Below, one piece after another: positions 13,111 through 25,488 of a stretch of DNA of 64,000 nucleotides; the first letter of the stretch is position 1, and each line of letters opens with the position of its first letter. Source of the stretch: Lingula anatina (taxonomy: Eukaryota > Animalia > Brachiopoda); assembly GCA_051362555.1 (NCBI GenBank), contig CM120649.1, forward strand, positions 18,862,567-18,926,566. The letters run 5' to 3'. Under the pieces are notes generated by a model. That model was given only the letters and a program-made list of their open reading frames with translations. It was not told the origin of the DNA and did not search any database. The translations under genes and the position numbers were made by a program.

Positions 13111-14533
13111 ATGGATCGACACCTTATGTCACTGGCCGTGGCCCTGGTGCTGTTTAACGTTGGGCCTAAGGCGACAGTAGTTGGCGTTACTACTCCCCCA
13201 GTGCTTGAAAAAAGGCTGGAACCCCATTTGGTCATCGCACCGTTGCCAGCAGGACCAGGCGTACGTAAGTAGTAGAAACGGACTTAATACAGGACGCATT
13301 TGATTGCCGACGAAAATGCAACGTATGTGTTTGACACTACTGCTGTTATGCAGCGTTCACAGTGAATCCGACAACTAACAAATAACTCATTTTATTATGA
13401 AATGCAGAGATATAGACAAAATTAAATGGAGCCTGCCTTAATCAGAAAAAATCGATTATTGCAGTTAGTAGGGTATACCCTATAACTAGATTGAATGCAT
13501 TTAAAAAACCAACTCCAAAACTGAGTAATGTTTTTCTTTTACACACTAATCTGTGGCTTCAGAGGGCTATAGGATTATTCCCATCTCTCTGAAAGTCTCT
13601 GCATATGTGGAGTGGAAGGGGAACGGCATAAAAAAGAAATTGTTTTCGCCTTCTTTAAGTCTATACTCGGCAGAGCAAAGACTTGATTCATACCATTGTT
13701 TAAACTATTTGAAGCATAAATGCAAATATTCATGCCACATAACATATGATATTTACATGTAGAAGTGACATCCTCAGTTAATATTAAGAATTTTATGTTT
13801 TTGTAGTTGATGATTCCTACTGTTGGGGACACGGCGATGTACGTTACGACACTCTAGATGACAGACGCTTCCCTTTCAATTCTCCTGTTCATTTGTACGG
13901 CGTTATGCTCCTGCCTTGGATTGGCAATGCATGGTGGGTGATGACTGAACACGAGTTTTTTGGTGGAACAACTAAAACGCGCATCAGCGAAGTATATGTG
14001 AAGTGTCCAAATGCCACTTACTTCAGGGCTACATTGGGGTCGCTTGTCAACTTATATGTGAGTCTTCTTTGTGATACTGTAGTTGTAGGAACAGTAAACA
14101 CTTTTTGCACGAAGTTATTGAAATAACCATACCCCTTATTCTCGTTTCTCTAACAGTCGCAGTCAAAATGTTCATAACATTTACTTCATTGCGCTTTGTT
14201 AATATTCTTGCATTTTGCTTTCAGTATTGGGATGGTGCTGCATGGGTTTCCATCGATGTCGCAGGTCTTCCAGGATTTTTCCCCCCTCCCGGTGGCACCG
14301 CGTGGGTTTCTGGCACAGCGAAATACATCACGATAGATTGCGATATAGTCCCATTCGTACTTGTCTCTGTCTTCCGACACACAGTTAGCATACACGCTAG
14401 CGGCGAGTGGGCAACCGGTGGCCCACACGCAGTACGTGGTATTTGTGCGGACTTCAATGGCGTGCCGGTCAACGACTGGATTAAGTTGTTGGGACCTCCA
14501 CCTTTCCCCGCCTGGACACCTTTCTTAATTTAA
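13111..14533 (+). CDS. Secreted single-VWD-like domain protein, copy 3 (exons 13111-13264, 13807-14057, 14225-14533; 237 aa)
   Basis: Same splice sites and phases as copy 2. Reads MDRHLMSLAVALVLFNVGPKATVVG...YCWGHGDVRYDTLDDRRFPF...RGICADFNGVPVNDW...WTPFLI*. Confidence 0.85.
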
Positions 14534-15829
14534 TCTCGGACGAATTATGACGGATTTCGAACGTTGACGATGATAAAAAAGACACGAACAAGGACAAATG
14601 AAACATTTAATAGGAGAAATAAAATGTATAGGTAAACAGAGACAACAAGACGGACTGAAACCCATAAGAATACGGACAATGAACGGTAACATGGAGAACG
14701 CAAACTGCAATTTCACTTGTTTTATTTAACTAAAATGACTGTTTCTTGGTTCTTTATGGTTCAGATACTGTTTCCTTCAACTATGTTAATTGACTTTCAA
14801 TTACTGTGGAATAATTGGTCAGTTATTAATGCCAATGGGTTCTTTTTCATGCGATCATACTTATACATTTAATTATTTTAGTAATAGACAGGGTGCTTAT
14901 AGCAAATTATTTGGTAGGGCATAAATGTATGTGTCTGTGTAATCTTATTTTCCCATAACATATGTATTGCAATGTAGATTAAATTAGTATTCGCATTTGA
15001 TATATTACAGTGATTCAAATTAAAACATTTTTTCCAATTTTAATTTTAAAAACATCTTTGAACGGACAGAATAGTAATGGTAATGTTTGTGATATTTTGA
15101 GGCACTGTTTTCAAATTTGGAATTCTTCAAGTGAGCGAAATGATAGAAAATGGTGTATTTACCTTGGTATATGCATTTGTATTTATTAGATCTTAATCAG
15201 TTTACCTCTGCTGCATTCTGAACATTGTTTCTGTCCACCATATTTATATGGGATATTGATTAGAATGAATCTTTAGTTATTAGTTATAGCGAAAGACTGA
15301 TTTGTTTCCTGTTCCACATTATTTTACCAAGGCAGGGTGCTTATGTGTGTATTGTTACTGTGAAGACATATACGAGGTTGTGGTGGTATTTTTATTCAAA
15401 CGTAGACTTAATAATTGTTCTTCTGATATATAAGAGGGATTTAAATTTGAAACTTTTCATTGAAATGTAACAATCTTTAATGTGTGGAATATGTGTTACA
15501 TGTAAGTAAGAGGGTTAGAGAGACATTTTGAAGTTCTGTTTGCTTATTTCAAATATCTAAAATGATAAAAAAGATTGTGTATATTTATGAGGTCTAAATC
15601 ATTTCCTTCTTTTAGCTTTGCTTAATATTGAATAAAAGAGGTTAAAAAAAGCTGTTGACGACATTTTTATTCGAAAGGATATTATTGAAAAAGGGAAGCT
15701 ACAGCTATGTTACAATATAGGAAATGATAACTGCCCTTATTATCAACAGGAACCATGCAATGCGTGGGACATGGAAAGTGACCCTATCGGTGCTCTGATT
15801 TTTAAATTGACCACGAAAAGTCATGGCAA

Positions 15830-15867
<38 letters not shown>

Positions 15868-17842
15868 GTTAAAGTGACGCTGCAATGGCAGATAGGCACA
15901 GCGGGAGAGTCGACGACCAAAGGGTTCAAATACTGCCGCATGTGGTATATTCACTGCTTCACTGGGGGTCCCAGAGGAAGGGGCGGCACCGTCGGAGATT
16001 ATTTGAAAGGGGGGGGGTCTGCAGATGTGGAGCCGACTTTCTTCCCTCCACTCCACCCCACCCCACCCCACCCCACCGCCCGCTGAAAGGGCCTCGAAAA
16101 TTTTTAGTATTTTAGAGGGTGAACGGTGCCATTTGGTACGGTTTAGAACTATGTTTCAGCTAGTCAAAATTCTAATTTCAAGTGGGGGCCATTGGTATGT
16201 TTTTTCAGGGCCCCCTGGCACCCCCTCCCCCCAAATCCGTCACTGTGCCATGGGTGAAGGCGTTTGATTCGGTTGGTCGATAAATTTGTTCATGGGAAAA
16301 TTAATTTAAACCAGCCCTCCCCCCTCTCCGCATCAAAGTCTGCTTCATCAAATTTTGCTGCAGCCCAATCAGTCGCCACCAACAGACTCCGCAACTGCAG
16401 TACGACCCTTGATTGTGTTGTTTGTGTGGAATGTAGAATATCATTATTTGCACCACGTTAAGAAGCTGATTAACATTGCTTTGTCAATATCTCAGACTGA
16501 CTTCGGGCATTTTCGAAAGATGGACGGGGAAATAAATGCGTCCAAATTTTGTCCTGCTACTGCAAAATCATACTTTTTAATACTAATTTATGCCGATTCC
16601 ACAACAGCTTTCCGTAGACTAATTAACACATACAACATTGGTCAAAAGGGTTGTCCTACCCCCAATTCCATGTGCTTTTGTCCAGCTACTGTAAATCACA
16701 CTTTTTTAGACAAATTTGGGCTGCAATCACCACAGATGATCCGCAGCCTAACTCCACATGAAAGCAATGTTGCATAATCCCAGACTAACAAATAATCCCA
16801 GACTAACAAATTCGACTCCGCATCCCCAAATGGTCTTCCTGCCTATAAGATATGAACTCATGATGCGTATGCACAATCTCATGGATATCAGAAATGCTGT
16901 ATTGGGTAGGTAGAATCCAAAATGACCATAAAAACGTTATGGAAAAGACAAAGAAAAAGATGAAAATAATTTTTCTTTCAACTTCAATTAAATTTACCAA
17001 TATCTCAGTAAAATGATATACCTGCATTTCAAGCATGCAAGAAAATATAAATAAAACAGTTTATCTTTATAACACACACACAAAAAAAAAGAAAAAAAAA
17101 GCCCATTTAAGATACTCTATGACTAAACCAATCAGTCATTATGTGTCAATTAGAAAATAACACTGCAGGTTCTATGTATGACTTATGGGAGTGGCAACTG
17201 GACTAAATGTTGACTCTTAACGTAATCCGTTGTTTTTAAGCGAGTGAAGGAATCAAAAAATTGCATGCATATCTAGAGAAGTAGATGCGTTATGAGATCG
17301 TGACAATATGCGCTTTTTCGGATTTAAGGTTGGTTTTTCGGTGAAATGCGAGCATTTTTATCTTGGTATGTATGCCAAATAATACTCTGCTATCCTCTCA
17401 CAACACATGCCTTGAACACCTGTCTCTGACGCATGAGGCTCGGATGACAATGTATTTGATCAACATTTTGCTTCACAGAAATCCGCTAATGTCAATAACT
17501 ATATAATACACAATGTACCACGGTACATTTAACGTTACTAACACATAGGATTACATCTAGCTATGCAGGTAATATATTATTTCATATTGCAGATGACAAA
17601 AAGTATAAAAATAACCTAACATGGTGTCAGTATTTTTTTTTTTTTTTTTGTTGAAGAATAAATGGTACGTGTTACAAACGGGTGATTTTGCACGTGTTTC
17701 CACAATTGAACCAAGTTCTTTAGAAGGTGTACTGGTACTTAACGGGCACTTTAAGATTTTAAAGCTTTGTATCATTGCGCATGAAATAACTCAAATAGCT
17801 TACAGTACTTTAGATTTTAATTAAAGCTTGCGTTACCGCTAA

Positions 17843-17892
<50 letters not shown>

Positions 17893-18074
17893 GTTTATTA
17901 TATCCACGGCCCACTGTATAATTCTGGTAGAGCTAGACATCCAGTTCTGACACAAGTGGCTGACGCACATTTTGTACCCTAAGGAGTTACCGTTATTATA
18001 CTTATGTAACTTAAGAGTTATAATAAACTTTCAAGCCCGATAGTGGTTCTGGTTTTGAACAGCAGAACTGAGTA

Positions 18075-18510
18075 TGACATCGTGGGATGACGGAGGACTG
18101 TTCGATTATAATTGTTATGATGTTTAGTTCTTTTCCTTTTGAATAAGTTTTCATATTAAGATCTAATTTAATTTGATATTGCATTTATACAATTCTGCTA
18201 TATATTGTAGTAAGGGTAATGGTAAATATTAAACATCAGGCTTCAAGTTGAACCCCGTTAAATTATTCTTTCACTACATTGGTTAAAATTCCTGTTAAAA
18301 ACCTTGAAAAAACTCGTGCGATGTACTGCACAAATAAAAATACTTCTTTTTCCAAAATGACAATTTTCGCCTGGCAATTATTCTAAACCCGTATATTTTC
18401 AGAGCGTAAACAGGATCAGTTTGACGATGTAAAAACAAGGGTTCCCAGGCAGGCAATGATAACGATCTGATGCAGGTGAATTTTCTAGTGAACTTGTCAC
18501 AAACAGGTGA
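18075..18510 (+). pseudogene. Decayed remnant of a mytimycin-like gene (exon 2 tail and exon 3)
   Basis: ggatgacggaggactgttcgattataattgttatg resembles exon 2 of the intact genes. 18403-18475 aligns with exon 3 but has CAA>TAA and TGC>TGA stops and is 73 bp rather than 74. Confidence 0.7.
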
Positions 18511-18812
18511 AGTACCGCGGTTTAATGAAGCGGAAACGAAAAGAAATCGCCACGCTTAATTCGGCAAATGGAACATTTGGAGAAGACTATATTATCAAGA
18601 CCGTAACCAGTTATTTCAAAGGGAGGAAACTTTTTTTCTGAGAAATCTTCTTAAACATCGATCAACTTTTACCCAAAACCAACCTTTCACCGGTAAAAAG
18701 GTCTGTTCGAACTCCCCCCCTCCCCAGGGTCTGGATATGTAGGGTGAAGTACCGCGGTTCAATGGAGCGGAAAAGAAAAGAAATCGCCACGCTTCATTCG
18801 GCAAATGAAACA
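18506..18812. repeat. ~70-bp direct repeat pair (from 18506 and ~18743)
   Basis: ggtgaagtaccgcggtt(t/c)aatg(a/g)agcggaaa...gaaatcgccacgctt(a/c)attcggcaaatg occurs twice. Confidence 0.8.
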
Positions 18813-19874
18813 GTCGCACACAAATTAAAGGGATAATAACTCTTCGTTTCGGCAAAAAAAATGAATTTTCCTGGAGTAAACAACAATTTTCCCATACTTA
18901 CCAATGGTTAATGAATCCATTTTTACATTCAAAGTTAGTCCCTGTTTTTTTTCTACAAAGTTTGGTTTTTTGTTAAAATCTTTTAAGAGATTTTAACAGA
19001 GTATAGCCATCAATGGAGGTCACGTGGTCTAAAGACGAGCTCAGATATCAGAATAATAGCTATAACTGCTGTTTTGTGGTAAAACAGAATATATTATATT
19101 TCTATGAGTTATGCACAATGTTTTTATTGTGAAATGTAGATCTCATACGAAGAGTTACTATCCCTTTAAGCAAATTGTCTCGATTTATCGGAAAGACAAG
19201 GATATGAAATTGCTCCCGCTTTATTCAACAAATATTAATCAGGGTTTACGCTAAATAGCTGTCAGCCGAGCGGGAGCGAAAGTTAATTACCCCCTTACAG
19301 CTTGTAGTAGGCGGGACGGACATTGAAGCTGGATTATCTGACAGTAATCTAGTGAGACACCCCCCGGGGATAGATCGATCTAAAATCTATGGGAATCCAC
19401 CCATAGACACTGATGCACGTATGATATGTTAACCTCTTGTCTGATTGGCTGGATGGTACATGACAGAAAGCAACAATGCCGTGTGCTTATGTATTTATGA
19501 TATGTACAGTTTCTACCGTCAATTCACTGTTTATGTACTATGCGCACGGTGAGCCAGACAAAATTCTAACTTATGTGCCTTTACTAATACTAGTGTTAAA
19601 AGTGTTCATTCTTTAGATGGTGTAAATGACGCGTTTATTTTTATACTGACATCGTTATACATGTAATACATAACAAGAGGAGTTCGAATGATACAATGTT
19701 TTTTTTTCATGTACCATATTACTAAGATATACTCCTAGCTAATTATGTTTGAATATTCATTTCTGTTATTTACTTTTAAGAATTAACGGAGTTACATAGT
19801 TAATACTACATTTGTATTATATTATATTTTCATATTTGTCACTTTAAGTGATCATCTGAATTACATTTCAGAGA

Positions 19875-22796
19875 ATGGCTGGACATCTTGTTGCTGTAAC
19901 TGTACTTGTAACTGCCCTTTTGTCAGTTACTTTCGTAGAGAGAAGCGAAGAAGTTTGCTGTCACAATTCGTTTTTTCATCATGATCTTTGCAGTGATTGC
20001 ACCAAGGTAGGTTTACTGATACTATTATGTCCGTGTTCCACACCAACTACGAATTCCACGAACCGGCAGAGGTTGATACATTTTAGAAATTGCGAGGAAT
20101 CTTGAGATTATGCACACTTCTGGTAGAAACCCTGTCTGCCTGGGCTTTACTTCCAAAATGGATGTTCAACATAGAGCAGCTTTAGTACTTGTCTTAGAAC
20201 TACAGTATGAACATCAGATGGTGATAAATATAATGACAGTCAATGAAAACACATCAGAAAACTTTTTTGTACTTTTCTACCGAGAATCGATTCCAACCAT
20301 ATAAACGAGTACAATTGCACTTGTTTGGCCATAAGAGAGTGGGCTGACCACTATATCATATTTCACATATTTCACACAAAAACTGTTATTTTCTAATGTG
20401 CCACAGGAACTTGAAATATTATTTGAGAAATAAATGATGCGTTTTCATTGGCACCCAGGGTCGAAACTTTTCAATCGATTTCACGATCTCTCAAAAATGG
20501 CATGAACTGAATGAGAATAGATAAGAATCAGTAAAGAACTTGACAAAAAATCTATCACGTTTTAACCAAGAATCCTGGGATTTATCGATTCTTGGCGGTT
20601 CGTGAAATTCGTAGTCGATGTGAAATTGGGGCTTTATACAAAAACCATATGGCTCATGACCAACGAAACTATCGTTCCACGTGCGCACTCGGATTAGCAG
20701 ATGAACACGTCTGGGATCATGTTATCCCACCTGCCCTCGAGTCGGTGTGTCTGAGCGTTAGTAATTTCAGCTATTACCTCTTAGACCATTGATGTAGGAA
20801 GTTAAAACTTTGGGGATTGATAGAAGGATGTACACGAGCATTTCAAAATTTTAGTGCAAAAGGGCGCTGGTCTATCTCTGGGGGATTGTTAATTCTTTAT
20901 TATTTTCACATTGTTATTTCTGTGTACTCCCCCTAGACCATAAGAGTAAGAAACTTGAAACTTAAGTAATTGGTAGATCTGTCGTCGGGGTTGTGCATGG
21001 ATATGACAGAATTTTAGAATGTCTGGAGGTTGGGCTGGCCCTGGGCGGTGATTGATTCTAATTTTTTCTCACATCGTTTTTTTGCTGACTTTTAATCCAT
21101 TGCAATTTGGAGTTGAACATTTGATGTTTGATGAACCTTCCTTCAGGAATGGTGTTAATATTGTGGATATGAAAAATTGAGCAGTTCTGAAATAGTTGTT
21201 TTCCAGACAACATGCATTTGATAATAAAAACCCGCCAACCCATATCACATTTTTAATCTGAAGCTTAAATGTGCAAGAGTTTAAAAAATCTATTTGATGA
21301 AACAAAATACAATATTTTAGCCAAAATAAATTAGAAAACAATCTGCTCTTTGTAATAAAATGCGCTCATGTCAGTGTCACATTTCTGATGTCTGAAAAAC
21401 GGCATATATCAACCAGTGTCTAAGGTGAACAGATACATATTATTATTATTATTATTATGTTGATTAAAGTTATGAAATCAAATCTTTCGAGTGTCTGATT
21501 TGTTACTGCAGATCTACGGTGAGTATTGTGGAAAGGGGAGCTGCAACATATTTGGTTGTGCCTGCGTAGGAGGATGCAAAGAAGACTGTTCGCCTGTAAT
21601 TGTTATGCCGCCGTAAGATATTGTGTATATTGTATGCTATTATATTCGGCATGTCATATATAAATTTAGGTTTCAATATTATATTTAAACTATCCTGCTG
21701 TCCAGGGAAGTGAGAATATCGGTAACTATTCGTCGTCAGACTTTAATTTGAACTGTATTCAATGAACCCCATAAAATATTTTGTATTATTGACAACTTTG
21801 ATTAAATTTGTGTAAAGAACATAAATATAAAATATATATGGAATATAAAATACCCTTTATCAAACTGGAAGTTAATGTGAGGCATTTATTTTAAACTCCT
21901 AATGTATCATTTCAGAGGGCAAACAAGATCGGTTTGCAAATGTCAAAACAAACGTGCCCTAGCAGACAATGCTGACGAAACTGATGCGGGTGAAGTTTTT
22001 AGTGAAACCCACAAATAGGAGAGGGGGCTAAATTCTGGATTTAATGGTAAATTCAGGGATGAAAAATTATCTCTTTCCAAAAATATTCAGAAATGACGCA
22101 ACCCATTAATTTTGTGTTTGCTCAGTGTATATATTTATATTGTCCATATGTTGGTTTTCCTTATGGTGCTGTAACACACTGCTAGAGGTTGGGCTTGGTA
22201 ATTTTTGGTGTGGATTTATTGGATTTTTTTCTCATTTCTTTTGGCAAATGTTCAGGAATGATGCAAGCCATTAATTTTGTATTTCATTTTGTGTGTGTTT
22301 GTGGGTGATCCGTTGGTGCGGGTGGGGGTGAGGGGTTAGGTGTTAGATACCTGCTACCCCTCCCCCAAACCAACTACTGCTTAGTGTATAGATTTATATT
22401 GTACATATGTAGGTCTTCTTCATGTTATACACTGCAAGAGGTTTGGGTATATTTGTATCTTAAAACCCCTTCTACATGTACAGAACATTTAAGCGACAGA
22501 TAAGAAAACCAATTAGCCCTACTGAAGTGAGTAAAACAATTAAGAGCACATTTGTTTGTTAGCTTAAAGAAAATGAGGAACTGTAAATAGTAGAAATAGT
22601 AGAATACGTTGAGATATATACGGACATCTTTAGTTTTCCTATCCCTTGTATTAAATTAGTAACATGCTGATGGGTATTATGCAACAAGTTTTATAAATCT
22701 GGTGTATTTTCAGAGATTGATGACGTCATACCAGTCGCCGTTATCACAGAAGCCCCGGGCACACATCATAGTACACAAGATATCAACAAGTTTTGA
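19875..22796 (+). CDS. Mytimycin/Diedel-like 12-Cys secreted peptide precursor A (exons 19875-20006, 21512-21612, 21916-21989, 22714-22796; 129 aa)
   Basis: GT-AG introns with phases 0, 2, 1. The product is MAGHLVAVTVLVTALLSVTFVERSEE-VCCHNSFFHHDLCSDCTKIYGEYCGKGSCNIFGCACVGGCKEDCSPVIVMPPGQTRSVCKCQN-KR-ALADNADETDAEIDDVIPVAVITEAPGTHHSTQDINKF*. AATAAA at ~22856. An acceptor just before the ATG implies a non-coding first exon (candidate donor 19549). Confidence 0.85.
20028..20632. mobile_element. Old Harbinger-like MITE in intron 1 of peptide gene A
   Basis: The termini ccgtgttccacaccaactacgaattccacgaacc / ggttcgtgaaattcgtagtcgatgtgaaattggggc are degenerate versions of the TIR at 39591/41895. The paralogous insertion is at ~24409-24797. 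Confidence 0.65.
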
Positions 22797-23571
22797 AAAC
22801 ATCTAAAATGTTGAATGGCAATATGCAGTTTGTATTCAGAGACTACAGGCACATAAATAAAGCTTTTAAGTTATTAAAATAATGGATTTGGATGTCAGTG
22901 AGATATATCAGTGAAAAAAGCGTTGAATTGGATCTGATAGTTTGATGATTTGCCGGACACAATTGTTTCATATACATAAAGGAAGAAAAAAACAAACATT
23001 TCTTTTGATACAATTTTTCAGCCCGCTTACAAACAATTCATTAAAGCATCAAATATTGACTTTTTTCTTTAGATGACATTTACATTGGATTACATTGTAG
23101 CATATTACCTTGATAAATCTGAGGTATAGCTGTTTAAAGCGTACACATTTAATCATGAATACAGCACAGCATTCGTCTGCTCCACCTTCAACTATCACAG
23201 GTGTACGAGTTTTTTGGGGTAAGGTCCTTTGGTGTTTAATTATTATTTCATGTTTATTATTGATGTCATATACATAATGTACATACATGCACATCACTTA
23301 ACATCTTAAGCTGGATTAAGCCTACATGAAACATTACGGGACTACATTCTGCTTTACTTTAATATGTAGGGGACATAAGCAAGAAATCGCTTGATTGCGC
23401 CTTTGTTCGTTTGTTATACATGTACAGTTTATATATAGTAAGGACGAGGGGTAACCTTCGTTAAACATTATATTTTATTTGTTTATTTATTATTTTATTT
23501 ATTTATATATTTATTGTGAATTGGGGAGAGGGCATGTGCCAGATGTGTTAGCTGTGCTAGGACTTAGGCTA

Positions 23572-23612
<41 letters not shown>

Positions 23613-24266
23613 TTTTTTTTTTTTGCATCCTAATGCCCTTTTGATTAATAGACCACAAATATTAAAATCGATCTATCCCCCTGGGTAGTCTCACTAGATT
23701 GCTGTCAGCCTGACCGACTTAAAAGTCTGTCCCACCTACTAAAAGCTGTAAGGGTGTAATTAACTTTTGTGCGCGCTCGGCTCTCGGAAGCTGACAGCAA
23801 TTTATTTGTTTTGACATCTGGACAATGCACACCGTTCTCCTGTTTCCTTTCTTGAAAAATAAGGGGACTTAACGAATATACATGATATCTACTGTTCAAA
23901 ATTACTGTCTCTCTGTAAGGTGATATAATGGCATTGAATCGTTCACATTTGTCAGCCTGATGTTTTTTAAACATTGTTAAAGAATAATTTATTGGGAAAA
24001 TAGGGGGATGGCGTGTTGCTGATTTAGGTGTCAATTCACGGTGAGTCAGACTTCTTATCAAATAAATTTTTGGAAAAAAAGAAAAAAAACTATTCAACGC
24101 CAAGGATAAAATACAATGGACTCAAAATCTATTCGTATTAATTACAGGAAACAGAAAAACATACTGCCAGCATCTGTCAAATCAAGCGTGCACGGCATTT
24201 GTATTACGTTGTACTTTCATATTAAAACTATCGCTTAAAACGATCATTTGAATTACATTGCAGAGA

Positions 24267-25443
24267 ATGGCTGGTCATCTTGTTGCTGTAATTGTACTTG
24301 TAACTGTTCTTTTGTCAGAGAGAAGCGAAGAAGTTTGTTGTCACAGTTCGTATTTTTATCATGAACTTTGCCTTGATTGTAGCAAGGTAAGTTTAACTGA
24401 TACTATGATGCCCCTGTTCCACACCAACCACGAATTCCACGAACCGCCAGGGGTTGATACATTTTAGAAATCGTGAGGTATCTTGGGATTTTGCACATTT
24501 CTGGTAGAAATCTTGTCTCTGCTTGGGCTTCACTGCAAAATGGATGTTCAACATAGAGCACCTATAGTACTTGTCCTACATGTAGAACTGGAGTATGAAC
24601 ATCAACTGGCGTTAAATAGAAATCTGGGTCGAAGTTTTTGAGTCGATTTGACGATCTCTCAAGAATTGCATGAAATGAATGAGAAAAGAGAAGAATCAGT
24701 TAAGAACTTTAAAAATTATCACGTTTTAACCAAGAATCCTGGGATTTATGGATTCTTGGCTGTTCGTGGAATTCGTAGTCGGTGAGGAATAGGGGCATTA
24801 TACATAAACCATATGGTTCATTCCCAATGAAACTATCGTTCTACGTACTTTGATCTAACGCTGCGGGGACCCCTGCTGAATGCACTCGGATTAGCTGATA
24901 AACACGTCGGGGATCATGTTATCCTGCTTGTCCGCGAGTCGATGTGTCTGAGCTTTTGTGATTTCAGTCATTTCTTCCTAGATCATTAGATGTAGGAAGT
25001 TCAAACTTTGGGGATTGATTAGGGGATGTACACGAACATTTCAAAATTTTAGTGCAACAGAGAGCTGGTCTGCCCCTTGTGTGGTCGATTCTTTATTATT
25101 TTCACATAGTAATTTCTGTGTACTCCCCCTAGACCATAAGAGTAAGAAACTTGAAACTTTAGTGATTGATAGACCTGTCATCAGGGATGTGCATGGACAT
25201 GTCATAATTTTAATTTCTGGAGGTTGGGCTAGCCCTGGGCGATGGTCGATTCTAATTTTTCTCACGTTGTGTTTTCTGCTAATTCCTTGGCCATTACATT
25301 GAACATTTGAATTTTTAAAAGACCTTTCATCAGGTATGTGTTTAGGATTTTCAACCCATCGGACACTACCATTTGGACACTATTAACATTGTGGATATGA
25401 AAAATGGAGCAGTTCTGAAATAGTTGAGGTGTGCGACCTCGTA

Positions 25444-25488
<45 letters not shown>

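Noticed and set aside
19391-19400. Possible NF-kB site (GGGAATCCAC) upstream of peptide gene A
   Set aside because: Imperfect match, and not conserved at the equivalent position of gene B.
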